A stretch of 64,000 bases of DNA from the human T2T-CHM13v2.0 reference genome, Homo sapiens: NCBI RefSeq assembly GCF_009914755.1, contig NC_060942.1; one strand, 5' to 3'. Each line of letters begins with the position of its first letter. Position 1 is the stretch's first letter. The translations under genes were made by a program, and so were the position numbers. Positions 51,282-64,000 of the stretch are shown here, one piece after another. Under the pieces are notes generated by a model that made no database searches, had not been told where the DNA came from, and saw only the letters and a program-made list of their open reading frames with translations.

Positions 51282-52460
51282 TTGAGAGAGTCCACCAAGG
51301 AAGCCATCTGGTCCTGGCTTCCTTTTTCTTTGTGTGATTTTTTTTTCCCTCCATTTTAACTAGTTAAGTAGACTTTATATTTGGAGCACTTTTAAATTTA
51401 CAAGTTTGGGGTTTTGGGGGTTCTTTTGGGTTATTAATTCAATCCCTTTACTTGTTAAAAGTTTATTAAAATTTTCTATTAATTTGATATCAGTGTCAGT
51501 AGTTTGTGTCTTTGTAGGAATTTCATTTAGTCTGTATAATTAGTTGGTATACAGTTTCTCAGAGTTTTACTTAATAGTCCTTTTTATTTCTGTAAGATTG
51601 CTTGCAATGATCCCTCTTTTATTGCTTATTTTAATCATTTGAATCATTTTTTCTTTTGTAAGTCTAGATAAAATTTTGTTTTTTAATCTTCTCAATAAAT
51701 AATTTTTGGTTTCATTGATTCTATTATTTTTCATTATTTGCTTCACTTTTTCTGCTCTAATTTTCTACCATCTTGCTTTGAGGTTAGTTTGCTCTTTATT
51801 TTCTAGTTTCTTATGTTGAAAAGTTAGGTTCTTGATTCAAGATCTTTGTTCATATGTATATGCTTATGGCTATTTTTTTTTATCTAAGCACAGTGTTAGC
51901 TACATCCCAAATGTTGTGGTATATTGTGTTTTTTGTTTTTGTTCGTCTCAAAATATTTTATACTTTTATTCGTTACTTCTTTTTTTGACCCATTGAATAT
52001 TTAGCAATGTGGTGTTTAATTTCCATATATTTGTGAATTTGTGATCAGATATTGTGATCAGATAACATACTTGATATGATTTTATCTTTTTAAATGTACT
52101 GAGGCTAGTTTTAGGTGTTAGCATATGGTCTATCATGAAAAATGGTTCATACGCACTTGAGAAGAATGTGTATTCTGCTGTTAATTGGAGGGTCTGTGTA
52201 TGTCAGTTATGTCTCTTTCAATTGTCTATTTCTCTTTTCAAGTTCAGCAATGTCTTCTGTGCATTAGCACACTATTTTTATGTGCATGTATTTCAGTCCT
52301 TTCCTCTGTTAACAAATCTGTGTCCTAAATACTTTTTAAAAAATATTAATATAACCACTTCAGCTTTCTTTTGTTTCTGTTTATATGGTACATTATTTTC
52401 CATCTTTGCACATTCAACCTGTTTGTGTCTTTGAATCTCAAGTACATATGTATGTATATA

Positions 52461-52518
52461 TATCAGCCTTTGTGCTATCTATCTATCTATATAGAAAGAT
52501 AGATAGCAAAGGCCGATA
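52461..52518. repeat. Imperfect 58-bp palindrome around a (CTAT)n/(ATAG)n core
   Basis: TATCAGCCTTTG(TG)CTATCTATCTATCTAT|ATAGAAAGATAGATAGCAAAGGCCGATA. Confidence 0.88.
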
Positions 52519-53077
52519 ATTTTATTGTATTCAATTTTTCTTTCTATATCTGTCTTTGTATTCGAGTGGCTAATTCCTATTAATGTAATGATTAGATACG
52601 ATTTACATATGTAATTTTGCTGCATTTTTATACCTGTCATTTCAATCTACATTCTAACATGGACGCAGAGGATAAAGTTAACGAATTCCATGCTTATGAG
52701 GGGAAGAGGAGAACATAGAACAGCAGCTGTGGTTCTTCCAATGATGCCATAAGCAACTGAAGCTTGTTCTCTATATCTCACACATTTTTCCTATAGTGTC
52801 CAAATACAATGAAGATATTGTCATTTAAATTTTTTATTAGTACTTACTTTTAGGCATTTTCAAAATACTTTTGCCAGTATGTTAATAAATGAATTAAAGA
52901 TTTAAAATATGATTTGCTGACAAACATGAGTGGTGATTAGAATCTATCATTGAACACAAACATGTTTTATGTAGAGATTTGGTAATAGTTGGGTCTAGTG
53001 TGGAGTCTAACGCATAATAAAAACACACTAAATATTTTTTCCAGTGAATGGAATCCAGTGCTTGCACATACTGTGTT

Positions 53078-53480
53078 TTTCATTGAACAACAAAAGTAAT
53101 AACTTTTTTTTAATGTGCCAGGCATTTCTACAATACTGGGATAAGGCACTGAATAAAACCAACAAAAATCTGCCCTAATGGAGACACATTCAGGAGAAAT
53201 GAAACAGACAATTTTCAAACTAAACAAGATAAAATGAATGGGAGCTGTGAAATAAGTTTTTAAAAATAACCGGGGCACCATTTTAAATAAAGTGTTCAAG
53301 TCAAGGCTCTATTAGAAAGCAACAGCTGTTCAGAGACCTGAATGGATGGAGGGAGTAAGCCATGTGGACACCTGGGGAAGAAACTCCAGAAAAAAGGCCC
53401 TGCAAGGGTGTCAATAGAGACACACATGGAATGCTTAAGGAAGATCAGGAAGGAGTGCGTAGCTAACGCAGGATGAGCCA
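53078..53480 (-). mobile_element. L2 LINE 3' region, antisense
   Basis: TTCATTGAACAACAAA...ATGTGCCAGGCA...TGAATAAAAC..AAAAATCTGCCCTAATGGAG...CAGAGACCTGAATGGATG.AGGGAGTAAGCCATGTGGACACCTGGGGAAG. Confidence 0.85.
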
Positions 53481-54413
53481 AAAAAAAAAAAAAAGAAAGA
53501 AACATAAGAAATAAAATCAATCAGAATCCCCTTATTTCTCCATGTTGTTATATCAATTGGCATGTTCAAAAGTTAAACTTGTTCCCAGAGAACCTCACTG
53601 CCATCAGTACGTTACTATACTTTCAGTCTTTCACCTCTCAATAAGAGCTTGGTCAGGGCTATGAATGCCTGTGTCTGTGAGAGTAGTTTTGCGTCTGCAG
53701 AGAGACTCTCACAGCATCACTTGTACAACTTTTGAAATATCCCAGCTTCCCTATGTACAATTATTCTTCCTTCAACGAGGGCAAATGACAAACTATAAGA
53801 TATGAAGAGGGTTTTCCTGACTCCTTGCTCATGAAAACAGAACAATTAATTAAAATTTTGATCTTCACCAAGTTGCCTAATTTGAGAAGAAATCTAATAA
53901 CCCAGCTTCCAGGTCAGTATATGAATGATTTTATGAGTCAGAAATCTTAAGGAAAGAGACCTCTCTAAATCACAGAAGCAGAGGTAGAAACATAGCACTC
54001 CTCATTATCTGTTTCTTTCCTGTGTTTAAATAACTGTAATCTTGTAGCCCTCCCATGCATTTCTGGTTTATTCAGACTAGTACTTGGGCAGCTATTAGAA
54101 TTTTCAAAAGCTTTGTTTTAAACACATATTTTTAAGCAATCAAAGCTGCATATAAAACTATTCCATTTCATATTTTTGAAGACATTTGTAGCCATGATAC
54201 TTTGCTGTTGTCTGTGGGCCACCTCTTTTTGAAGTCTGTAGTTAACTGTGCTCCTGTAATCTGTTGTCTGTTGACTCAAGTCCAAACCTGTTCTGCGTGG
54301 CATGTTTCTTCAACTTGATGTGATGCTATTTATCACTGTTCTTTGAAGTTAAGTCTCTATGTCTTTGTATTCTTTCTGTGTACCCAGGGATATGTTTGTG
54401 CATGCACACGCAT

Positions 54414-54415
<2 letters not shown>

Positions 54416-54451
<36 letters not shown>

Positions 54452-54463
54452 ACAGAGACAGAG
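54416..54463. repeat. (CA)n microsatellite followed by (GAGACA)n
   Basis: Direct reading; about 16 CA units. Confidence 0.97.
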
Positions 54464-56124
54464 AACGTCTACAATGTCTTTGTGAGTCTATCAGAAACAG
54501 TTTTTGTTTCATGGAAAGGTTATTTCCCTGGTGTTTATATTAGGGCAAATAAAATGAGCACATAATGTTTAAATTCTACTTTCATTTCTGAGAACATTAC
54601 ACCTTGTGCCTCTAAACTGAAATGTTTGATATAGTCTATTTGCAAAAAAAGTTCTCTAGTATTATTATAGTTTGTTACTATGTGTATCTTATTTAGCTTT
54701 TCAAGACTCTATTATAAATTCTTAAATTTTAATTAGGTCCTCAGAGACATTCATTTGGCTCCTTTTAAATATATTTTGTCTTTAAAATATTACACTTAAA
54801 CTAATGACCCCTTAAACCTTTATTTGTTGTTAAAAGTATTATTTATAATGTGGCTCAAATAGTAAAATGCCAGATGGAAAGAATATTAATCCTAGTAAAA
54901 CATTCTTACTCCTACATTTTTCTGGCAACAAAGAAGTTCCTTCAGTTCCTTGAAGATAAAGATGTTCTCCATATGGAAACATAGCAATTGGGAGAATAAA
55001 AGACTTTACAGAAAGTATCTACATAAAAAATGTTCTATGTATGCAATAAATTACATATAGTTTGCCTTAGACAAGCCCATTATACTCTGAATCAGTGTAT
55101 GAAATGTCTTTCCAATAGAAGCCCTAAGTGCAAATACTGTTGCACTTTACTTAAATCGTATTCTGAGCTTTCTCATCTCTTAAATTCTATCAGAAAGTTG
55201 TTTTTTATAACTATTTACATGACACACACTTTATTAGGCTTTTGAAGTTTCACCTTGGTCGTGTGACCTTGGGAGAATATAATGGCAACGGTCCATAACT
55301 ATGTCTAGTTCTCTGTGTCTAATTTCTCTGGTTTTATGTAGTACATTACAAGTGTTTATTTTTCTTCTCCCGTACCAAGCTAGAATTTTTGTACAATTTC
55401 AATACACAATATGTATAGCAGGATAAACTATTAATACCATGATGAAATTTAAAATGAATTATAATATGAATCTTCTAAGGAGATGGTTCTTAGGTAGCTT
55501 TGTTCAAATTAGAGCACCGCTAACATATATTTTCTAAGAAACATATCATGAAGGATTTGAACTTGATTAAAAATAGTATTCGGTTGCTCATATAATTTTA
55601 AATTTCCTCAAAGATGCCTGGCTAAAAGAATTTAGGCAGTGCTTAAATATGCCTAGAGAAGAATAGGGGGAAAACCAGTCAATGTGATTCATATTAAACT
55701 GTTATTGTGCATAATTCGTCCTTTGATTTAAATCTCTCACTGCCATAGCACCAATCAGAGAAATCACATTGGATTTCCTATTTGTCAGTTGGCTGGAATT
55801 TATTTTATTTATTATTATTATTATCTTATATTGCTATACTATTACCTGAGATTTAGTTGAAGGATTATGACTGCTGGACTCTCTGGTACACTTTTTCTTT
55901 TCCATCTTATTATTCTTTCTAGTGACCAATCTGCCTTTCAAATGTCATTCACTGGTGACCCACATTCCCTAAAGTGATTTCTTCCTGAGTGACCGCTGAA
56001 ATATGAACAGCGAGATCCTCAGCAGAAGCTGTGACTTTGCTTTGAGACACTGCTGAATTCCTTAATTTTCAACATGCTCTATCTCCGGTTAACAGACAGT
56101 TGACCATTCCCTTTATTGGATTTT

Positions 56125-56596
56125 ATGTTAATTTATGTCCCCTTGGAAGTACATCTTGAGATCAAGATTGAATTGTTTATTTTGTAATATAACTTATTTT
56201 GTAGGTGATCTCGGGAAACACCAGTAGGAGAGTGAACAAGGTAGAAAGGGAATGGAAATGAGCAAATACAGACCATGCAGAGTTCTTCAACAAGCAACTT
56301 ATTCCTGTAAGTGGAGAGTGGTCTTGGTAACGTAAAACTTGTATATTGGAGTTATTCTGCCCAACGTTTGAGGGAGGTGGAGGGAGCTGGGGTTCATATA
56401 CATGAGGAAGTCTTGTGAGTCACTGGTTAATACTTGCTCCTGGGATGACATCAAATCCTGGGAACTTCAAGCTGATCTCTAGGTGGCAAAGCCAGATTGG
56501 GTTCCAAAAAAGTTTCTCAAGCGGTTGATGTCAGGGGTATGTATATCGACATGCGGAGTGTGAAGGTAAATGAGTAGGACACTGACAACTGCTACA
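56125..56596 (-). mobile_element. LTR33-like ERVL solo LTR
   Basis: AGGTGATCTCGGGAAACACCAGTAGGAGAGTG...GAGGGAGCTGGGGTTCATATAC...GTCACTGGTT...TGCTCCTGGG...ends TGCTACA. Confidence 0.75.
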
Positions 56597-57127
56597 GGTT
56601 CCACTTTGGTTTTTCTGGCATTTTCTTTCCTTTCTAAACTCTATCTTCTGTTATAGTCACAATAACATGTTATGCCTTTGCTTGTATGTTCATCTCTCTC
56701 TGTGTACTAGCAGTCCATCCTAATAATGATCTTATCATCTGGAATATAATTGAATATTACAATTGTGAATAAAATAGATTATCCAGATTATTTCAGTGAA
56801 TATAAGTCTAGCTGACTAAGAGGGAAAAATAATTATAGATACCGTGATATCCCCACACCAACTTCTTGTAACAATGAGATGAGTGAAACTTTAATGAAAC
56901 AGTGTTATCATCAAAGACCTGCCAACCTAAAATTATCTGTTTTGATGAATTGTCATTAAATAAATGAAGACGCCAAAATAAAGATATTTTTATACAAAAA
57001 CTAAATCCCTTATTCCCTCAGAGAGTTTGTAGGTTTCATTCCAAAAAGCCACAATAAAGTGAATATTGCAATAAAGCAAGTCACACAAATTTTTTGGTTT
57101 CCCAGTGCATATAAAAGTTATGCTTGG

Positions 57128-57449
<322 letters not shown>

Positions 57450-58689
57450 CTATAAATGTGCAATATCATTATGTCTAAAAAAGCACATGCCTTAATTAAA
57501 AACTACTTTTTACCAAAAAATGCTAACAATCATCTCAGCCTTCAGAGAGTCATAAAAATATTTTGCTGGGAAAATCTTTCCCTGATGTTTGATGGTTGAT
57601 GACTGATCAGGGTGGTGGTTGCTGAAGCTTGAGATGGCTGTGTCAATTTTTTAAAATAAGACAATGACGAGCTTGTGGCATTCTTTCACAAAAGATTTCT
57701 CTGTAGTACATGATGTTTTTTGATCGCATTTTACCCGCAGTAGACCTTTTATCAATGCTAGAGCAAATCATCTCAAAAGCTGCTGCTGCTTTATCAACTA
57801 ATTTTGTGTAATATTCTAAATCCTTTGTTGTCATTTCAACAATGCTCACAGCAACTTCACTAGGAGTAGCTTCTATCTCAAGAAACGACTTTCATTGCTT
57901 ATCCATAGGTAGCAACTCTTCACCCATGAATGTTTTATCATGAGATTGCAGTCATTCAGTCACATATTCAAGCTCCACTTCTAATTGTAGTTATCTTGTT
58001 ATTCACACTACATCTTCCACCGAATTACTGAGCCTCTCAAAGTCATTCATGAGGGTTGGAATCAACTTCTTCCAACCTCTTGTTCATGTTGATATTTTGA
58101 TCTCCTATGCATCACAAACGGTGTTAAGGACATCTAGAATGGTGAATTTTTTTGAGAAGGCTATCAATTTATTTTGGCCAGATTCATTAGAGGAATCACT
58201 ATAGCTACTGTAGCCTTATAGAATGTATTTCTTAAATCATAAGACTTGAAAGTCAAAATTACTCCTTGTTCCATTGGCTGCAGAATGGATGTTATATTAG
58301 CAGGCATGAAAACAACATGAAACTCCTTACCATCAGAGATCCTGGGTAACCAGGTACATTGTCAATGAACAGTAACATTTTGAAAGAAATATTTTTTTCT
58401 GACCAGTAGGTCTCAACAATGGGCTTAAAATATGTATTAAACCATGCTATAAACAGTTGTTATCATCCAGACCTTGTTGTTCCATTTATAGAGCACAAAG
58501 GAGATTTAGCATCATTCTTCAGGGCTCTACAATTTTCAGAATGATAATTGAGCATTGTCTTCAACTTAAGTCCCCAACTGCATTAGCTCCTAACAAGAGA
58601 GTCGACTTGTCCTGTGAAGCTTTAAAGTCAGTCATTAGCTTCTCTCTTGCTATGAAGTCCTAGATGGCATCTTCCACTACAAGACTGTT

Positions 58690-58989
<300 letters not shown>

Positions 58990-60837
58990 AAGACTGTTTT
59001 GTTTACACTGAAAATCTCTTATTTAACGTAGCCATCATCACCACTTATATTGGCTAGATCTTCTGGATAACTTGCTGTAGCTTCTACTTCAGCACTTGCT
59101 GCTTCACCTTGCACATTTATGTTATGGAGGTGGCTTCTTTCCCTAACCCTTATGAACTAACCTCTGCTACACTCAAACTTTTCTTCTGAGCTTCCTCAGT
59201 TATCTCAGCCTTCATAGAATTGAAGAGAGTTAGGTCTATGCTATGGAGTAGGCTTTGGCTTAACAGAATATTATAGCTGGTCTGAACTATCTAGACCACT
59301 AAAACTTTCTCCATTATCAGTAATAGGACTGTTTTGCTTTCTTATGATTCATGTGTTCACAGGAATAGCTATTTTGATTATCTTTAAGAACTTTTCCTTT
59401 TCATGTGCAACTTGGCCAACTGACACAAGAGGCCTAGCTTTTGGCCTGTCTGGGGTTTGACCTGACTTCCTCACTAAGCGTAATCATTTCTAGCTTTTGT
59501 TTTAAAGTGAGAGGTGTGAGATTCTTTCACTGAAACACTTAGAGGTCATTGTAGTTTTATTAATTGGCCTAATTTCAATGTTCTTGTGTCTCAGGGAATA
59601 GGGATACCCAGGGAGAGGTAGAGAGATGGGGGAATGGCTAGTTACTGGAGCAGTCAGAACACATACAACATTTATCCATTAAGTTTACAGTCTTATATGG
59701 GTGATGTTTATGGCCCCAGAACAATTATAATAGTAACAATAAAGATCACTGATTATAAATTACCATAACATATATCATAATAAAAAATGTTTGAAGTATT
59801 GCAAGAATTATCCAAATGTGACTCAAAGACATGAAATGAACACATGCTTTTGGAAAATTGGCACCAATAGACTTGTTTGACATAGAATTGCTACACATCT
59901 TCAATTTGTAAAATACACAATATCTGTAAAGCACAATAAAGCAAAGCACAATAAAATACTTCATTTTTATCTCTCTCATTTTATTAAATCTCTCTCCATA
60001 TAAGATACATATGAAATAAATATATATTTATATACAAATAGATATAAAATACATAATATTTTGATGCTGTAGTGAGACTGAGTTTTCATGGGGTTTCTAA
60101 TGAAGTTTATATCCTACCATCAGAAAATGCTTGTGTTTCACTAAGGCCACAATGTGCTAGTCACTTCTTGCTTACCTGATTTGATGAGTATGAGATAATC
60201 AAGATAATAGACCAGAGTGATTCTAGACGGTCTAGAGGTCGTGAGTTTATATTATGATGGGGTGGCAAAGTTAACCTCATCTGGGGCAAAACTTTAAGGA
60301 TATATTATTGTCATTTCTATATGAAATATATCTAATTGTATATTCTTATAGAAGTTAAAAAGGACACATTTGCCAGTTGAATGGCTGTATACCATGCACA
60401 TGAAATTTTGTTTATGTGCTTCAGAAAAGATACTGCATTTGATATAGTGGCTACAATTAGGGCTATTATTTGGTTAAGTTGGCAATAGTCCACTCACATC
60501 TTCTACGATCTGTCTGATCCTTTGAGTTCTGATTGGTGAATTAAATTAAAATAGACTGAATATCTAGTTATATACCTTTTAGACTTGAATTATATATACT
60601 TTTAAAAAATCCCTTCCTGGGATATGATAGTATTTTTGACTTATTATTCAGAGGGGGTGAGATTTCAGAGGCTTTACCTTTTTTTTCTTACCGTAGAAGC
60701 TTTTACTCCACAGGGCAAGGATATTACACAGCTTAGGAACTATGCCAAACATCTAGTATGTCTATTTCAGCTTGGAGGATCAAAGAGTAACTACTAGATA
60801 GCAGGCCCATCACGAAGTTAGCATGGCTCTGGAATCC

Positions 60838-61200
60838 TGTATTAGTCAGTTTTCACATTGCTATAAAGAACTGCCTGAGACTGGGTAATTTATAAAGAAA
60901 AGAGGTTTAGTTGACTCACAGTCTCGCTTGGCTGGGGAGACCTCAGAAAACTTATAATCATGATGGAAGGAGAAGGGGAAACAAGGCACACCTTACATGG
61001 TGGCAAGAGAGAGAGAATAAGGAGGGAAGTGCCACACTTTTATAATCCGCTCTCATGAGAATTCACTCACCATCATGAGAAGAGTGAGGGAGAAATTCAT
61101 CCCCATGATCCAATCACCTCCCATCAGGTCCCTTCCCCAATACGTAGGAATTACAATTCAACATGAGATTTGAGTGGGGACACAGAGCCATGCCACATCA
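60838..61200 (-). mobile_element. MSTA/THE1D-type MaLR solo LTR
   Basis: TGTATTAGTCAGTTTTCACATTGCTATAAAGAACTGCCTGAGACTGGGTAATTTATAAAG...GGGGACACAGAGCCATGCCACATCA; TSD AATCC/ACTCC. Confidence 0.94.
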
Positions 61201-61453
61201 ACTCCATTTATTATTTTCCTACGTATGCCCCCAATATTTGGGGAGGGAGCATGATGATGATGATGACACTTTGAGTCTCTGGCTATTGTTGTCATCTCTA
61301 ACCCTGTGTTCACGAGTCTTCAAAATGTTTGAGTATTTCTGTTTTCCCAGTGCACAGCTAACTAAGAAAATGTCCAGAAATCCCTTTGAGGAATGTCTGG
61401 AGAAGTCATCATCACATGCAATTGATGTGATACTTCAGTTTCCTTCATTCTGG

Positions 61454-61500
61454 ACCTAGTTTTGCTTTCAGTCAATTGCACCTAGTTTTGCTTTCAGTCA
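61454..61500. repeat. Short tandem duplication (21-nt exact unit, period 26)
   Basis: ACCTAGTTTTGCTTTCAGTCA at 61454 and 61480. Confidence 0.93.
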
Positions 61501-63143
61501 GTAGGTCCTAGTTTGAAAACTGGAACAGGTCTGAAAACTGGGAAGGGAACTACAACTTTGTATTGGGGTAATTGCTCTCCTCATATTCAATTTTGTTTTA
61601 ATTTTACAGATTGAGGAGCCCTTTTGGGTGTCCATCTATATTGCCCCCCAAAAAAGATACTATCTTCTATTTTTATCTTCATCACCATCTACAGTTGACT
61701 CCTGCATGTCTGCAAATCTTTCCACTCATAGGTAATTGTGTTCACTGGGAGTTGGATGTTCCCTGTCACACCAGGCCTCTATTATGGGAGGGAGACAATC
61801 ATCCCTATTGCTAACAACCATAAACAGAATCTCCTAATGTCAGCCCTGGTGACAGAGCAGAACACTTTGTTTTTCCAGCATATTCCTTATGTCTTTGTTG
61901 GGCAATGTGTTATTTGGCCTTGCATATTATATTCACTTTAATATGCCTTCTTCTCTCAGCCTTTAACCTCATCTTTCACCATGTGCCAAGACAATTCTTG
62001 TATTTCTAGATCTTGGATGTGGGCCGTCATTTTCCCTTCCTCTAGGAATTATCCTATGCTGTGTTTACATAATCTCCTCTGTTTCTTGTCAGTTTGTTAA
62101 ATTCAGCATCTTGGGAGAGTTCCTCAGATTAATAACTCTCCTTTATGTTTCTTCATATCTTTGTCTTCTTGATCACATACCTTCTGATATAATATTTTCT
62201 TACTTAAAGCCTTTTATCCATCAGACCGTAGTGAAAGATTGTAAGTAAATTTTTGAAAAATTAAATTAAACATTTTTACTGACTAGTTGAGCATAAATAT
62301 ACCAGATTCCAAAAATGTTTACATTGTTCCTAAATTTATCTTTAGTTCGGGATTATTTCTCAACAAGTGATCACACTTTGTACTCCACATAATATTTCAT
62401 ACAAAATATCTATAGCATGTGAGTCCTTCTGTACTATGAGTTTCCAGGCCCAGTGATTTAAAAATTTACTCTCTCTTTCTCTCAGTTGTCCCAAACATGC
62501 AACCTGTATTCCACTTATCCAGAGCTATTTACATTTCCCAGGTGCATTGTGCCTGCTTATGCTTCTTTATGTGCAAATTGATTTTCTATACCCTGCCTGG
62601 AAAATGCATGCTACCATCTGATTTTTCATTAACTTATATTCAAACTTCAAATCAAAGCTTCTATCTCTTTTACACTTTTTCCTGAAAATATCCTCTCACC
62701 TTTGTAGACTGTGTCATTGTCTGTCCAGTGTGATTCAAAACCACCTTCTTGAATATGCTGTTTGTCACTATTTTCTTTCTCTCTCTCTTTACTGGTGTTT
62801 CACAAAAAATTGATCTACAGACATATAAGAATTTATGTCAAAGTTATTACTGTTTTACAGAGAAAGAAAAACATTAGAAGCAACTTAAGGAGTTTTTCAT
62901 AAAGCCACATTTGAAGATAATAATGCACTATTATTCATTCTCAACTAAATTCTTTCTCAATTTTGTTATTATTAAAATGCTTTTTTCTTTATCAAGTAAT
63001 CATGATGACAGGCGTCATTGTTCTTTTCTTCCTTTTTTCCTTATTTTTTTTTCCTTTCAAAGTCTTAACGTGTCATAATAAAAAGTTTGTAACATCATAT
63101 AGGTCTCTTTTTTTTTAACAGTTCTGTTGCACAGGACTCTGAA

Positions 63144-63171
<28 letters not shown>
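63144..63171. repeat. (GT)14 microsatellite
   Basis: Direct reading. Confidence 0.97.
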
Positions 63172-63175
<4 letters not shown>

Positions 63176-63209
63176 GTTATCACTATTTCCCTGGTATCAT
63201 GATCAGTCA

Positions 63210-63239
63210 TATCTAACATATGACAACATATGTTAGATA
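63210..63239. repeat. Perfect inverted repeat, 13-bp arms, 4-nt loop
   Basis: TATCTAACATATG-ACAA-CATATGTTAGATA. Confidence 0.93.
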
Positions 63240-64000
63240 AATGAGGGATTACACCCTTACATATGCCAAACCAATTATAATTTAATAATCTAACTGGAAA
63301 GAGAATGGGATAACTACAGATACTTCCAGCACTCAGGGGCAGTAATACAGCCTGGTTGTAGGCTAAGGCTAAGTAGGTTTATGTGCCTAAGCATTTTAAT
63401 GATCCTCTAATCCCTTGTCCAGTGATTTCATTGCTTACTTTGCTCAGGACCCTAATGAAGGCAATACCCCCATAATTAATCCTCCCTGTTTTTGGAACAG
63501 CCCCATATATTCAGTGCTGCACCACTGCTGATCTGCTTATAAACTATGGAGTTATATGAGTATTTTTTGACTTCAATCCAGCACATAATTAGGGCCCACC
63601 TCACAACCTCGAGGAAAAGTAATAATTACAGAAAAAGGGCAGTGGAATGTTTTAGATCCAACATGCCAGTTCAAACTCAGCAGCAGATTATAACAGCAAC
63701 AAATTGTGACCTTTTGGTAGCACCTGTAAAGTGGTGACTGAAGATTGTTCTCTAATTGCTTCAATCATTGGCAATTGGGTGAGAAACAGTCCAATACAGA
63801 GCAGATAAAGTGATTAAATTACCTTTCTTTCCTTAAATAGCTATTTTCTGTGCTGCATTTGACTCCACCTACAGGAGCCCATCTATATGTCTATAAAAAT
63901 AAGAAGCCAAATTATTTGGGAAAGTATGGAAAAAATGTGCAGACACCATCAATCATGTAATAGAGTGAACTCATTACCTATCCTGCACCCCCACTGAAGC

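Larger units (their letters stand above)
49635..52640 (-). mobile_element. Old L1M ORF2 remnant, antisense
   Basis: Minus-strand peptides YSGINLIK..ICTLKKTK, NGKTFYIHGSDNLIF, FSKVAEYNINREESIVF; GGGTTGAGGAAGTTCCCTTCTA; GCACTTGAGAAGAATGTGTATTCTGCTG. Confidence 0.9.

Noticed and set aside
54280-54470. Identification with a known GWAS enhancer or STR marker
   Set aside because: I could not match it with confidence to any remembered flanking sequence; a BLAT search is needed to name the locus.

Overview
AT-rich, CpG-poor primate (very probably human) genomic DNA with no protein-coding exon, RNA gene, CpG island or prokaryote-type system that I can support; I could not identify the locus. Roughly half is recognisable transposon debris: nine near-full-length Alus plus one monomer, L1PA/L1M fragments including a 5'-inverted (twin-primed) L1, two Tigger1 copies in opposite orientation, a Tigger3-type and a MER5-type element, MaLR LTRs (THE1/MST/MLT1), an LTR33-like and an LTR29-like solo LTR, and a 3'-truncated ERV1 provirus (LTR, tRNA-Pro PBS, decayed gag) nested in a THE1 LTR. 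The ORF track is explained by these repeats or by chance. Structure not explained by transposon annotation: a ~330-bp inverted local duplication (11.9/12.8 kb), a ~215-bp direct local duplication (15.0/17.2 kb), a 92-bp fold-back palindrome inside an old L1 (30052-30143), several shorter palindromes, and a motif-dense unique segment at 7.2-8.2 kb (AP-1/RUNX/C/EBP/ETS) that looks like an enhancer. Subfamily names come from remembered consensus sequences, identities are by-eye estimates, and boundaries of old elements are approximate. I found no convincing evidence of a new biological system.
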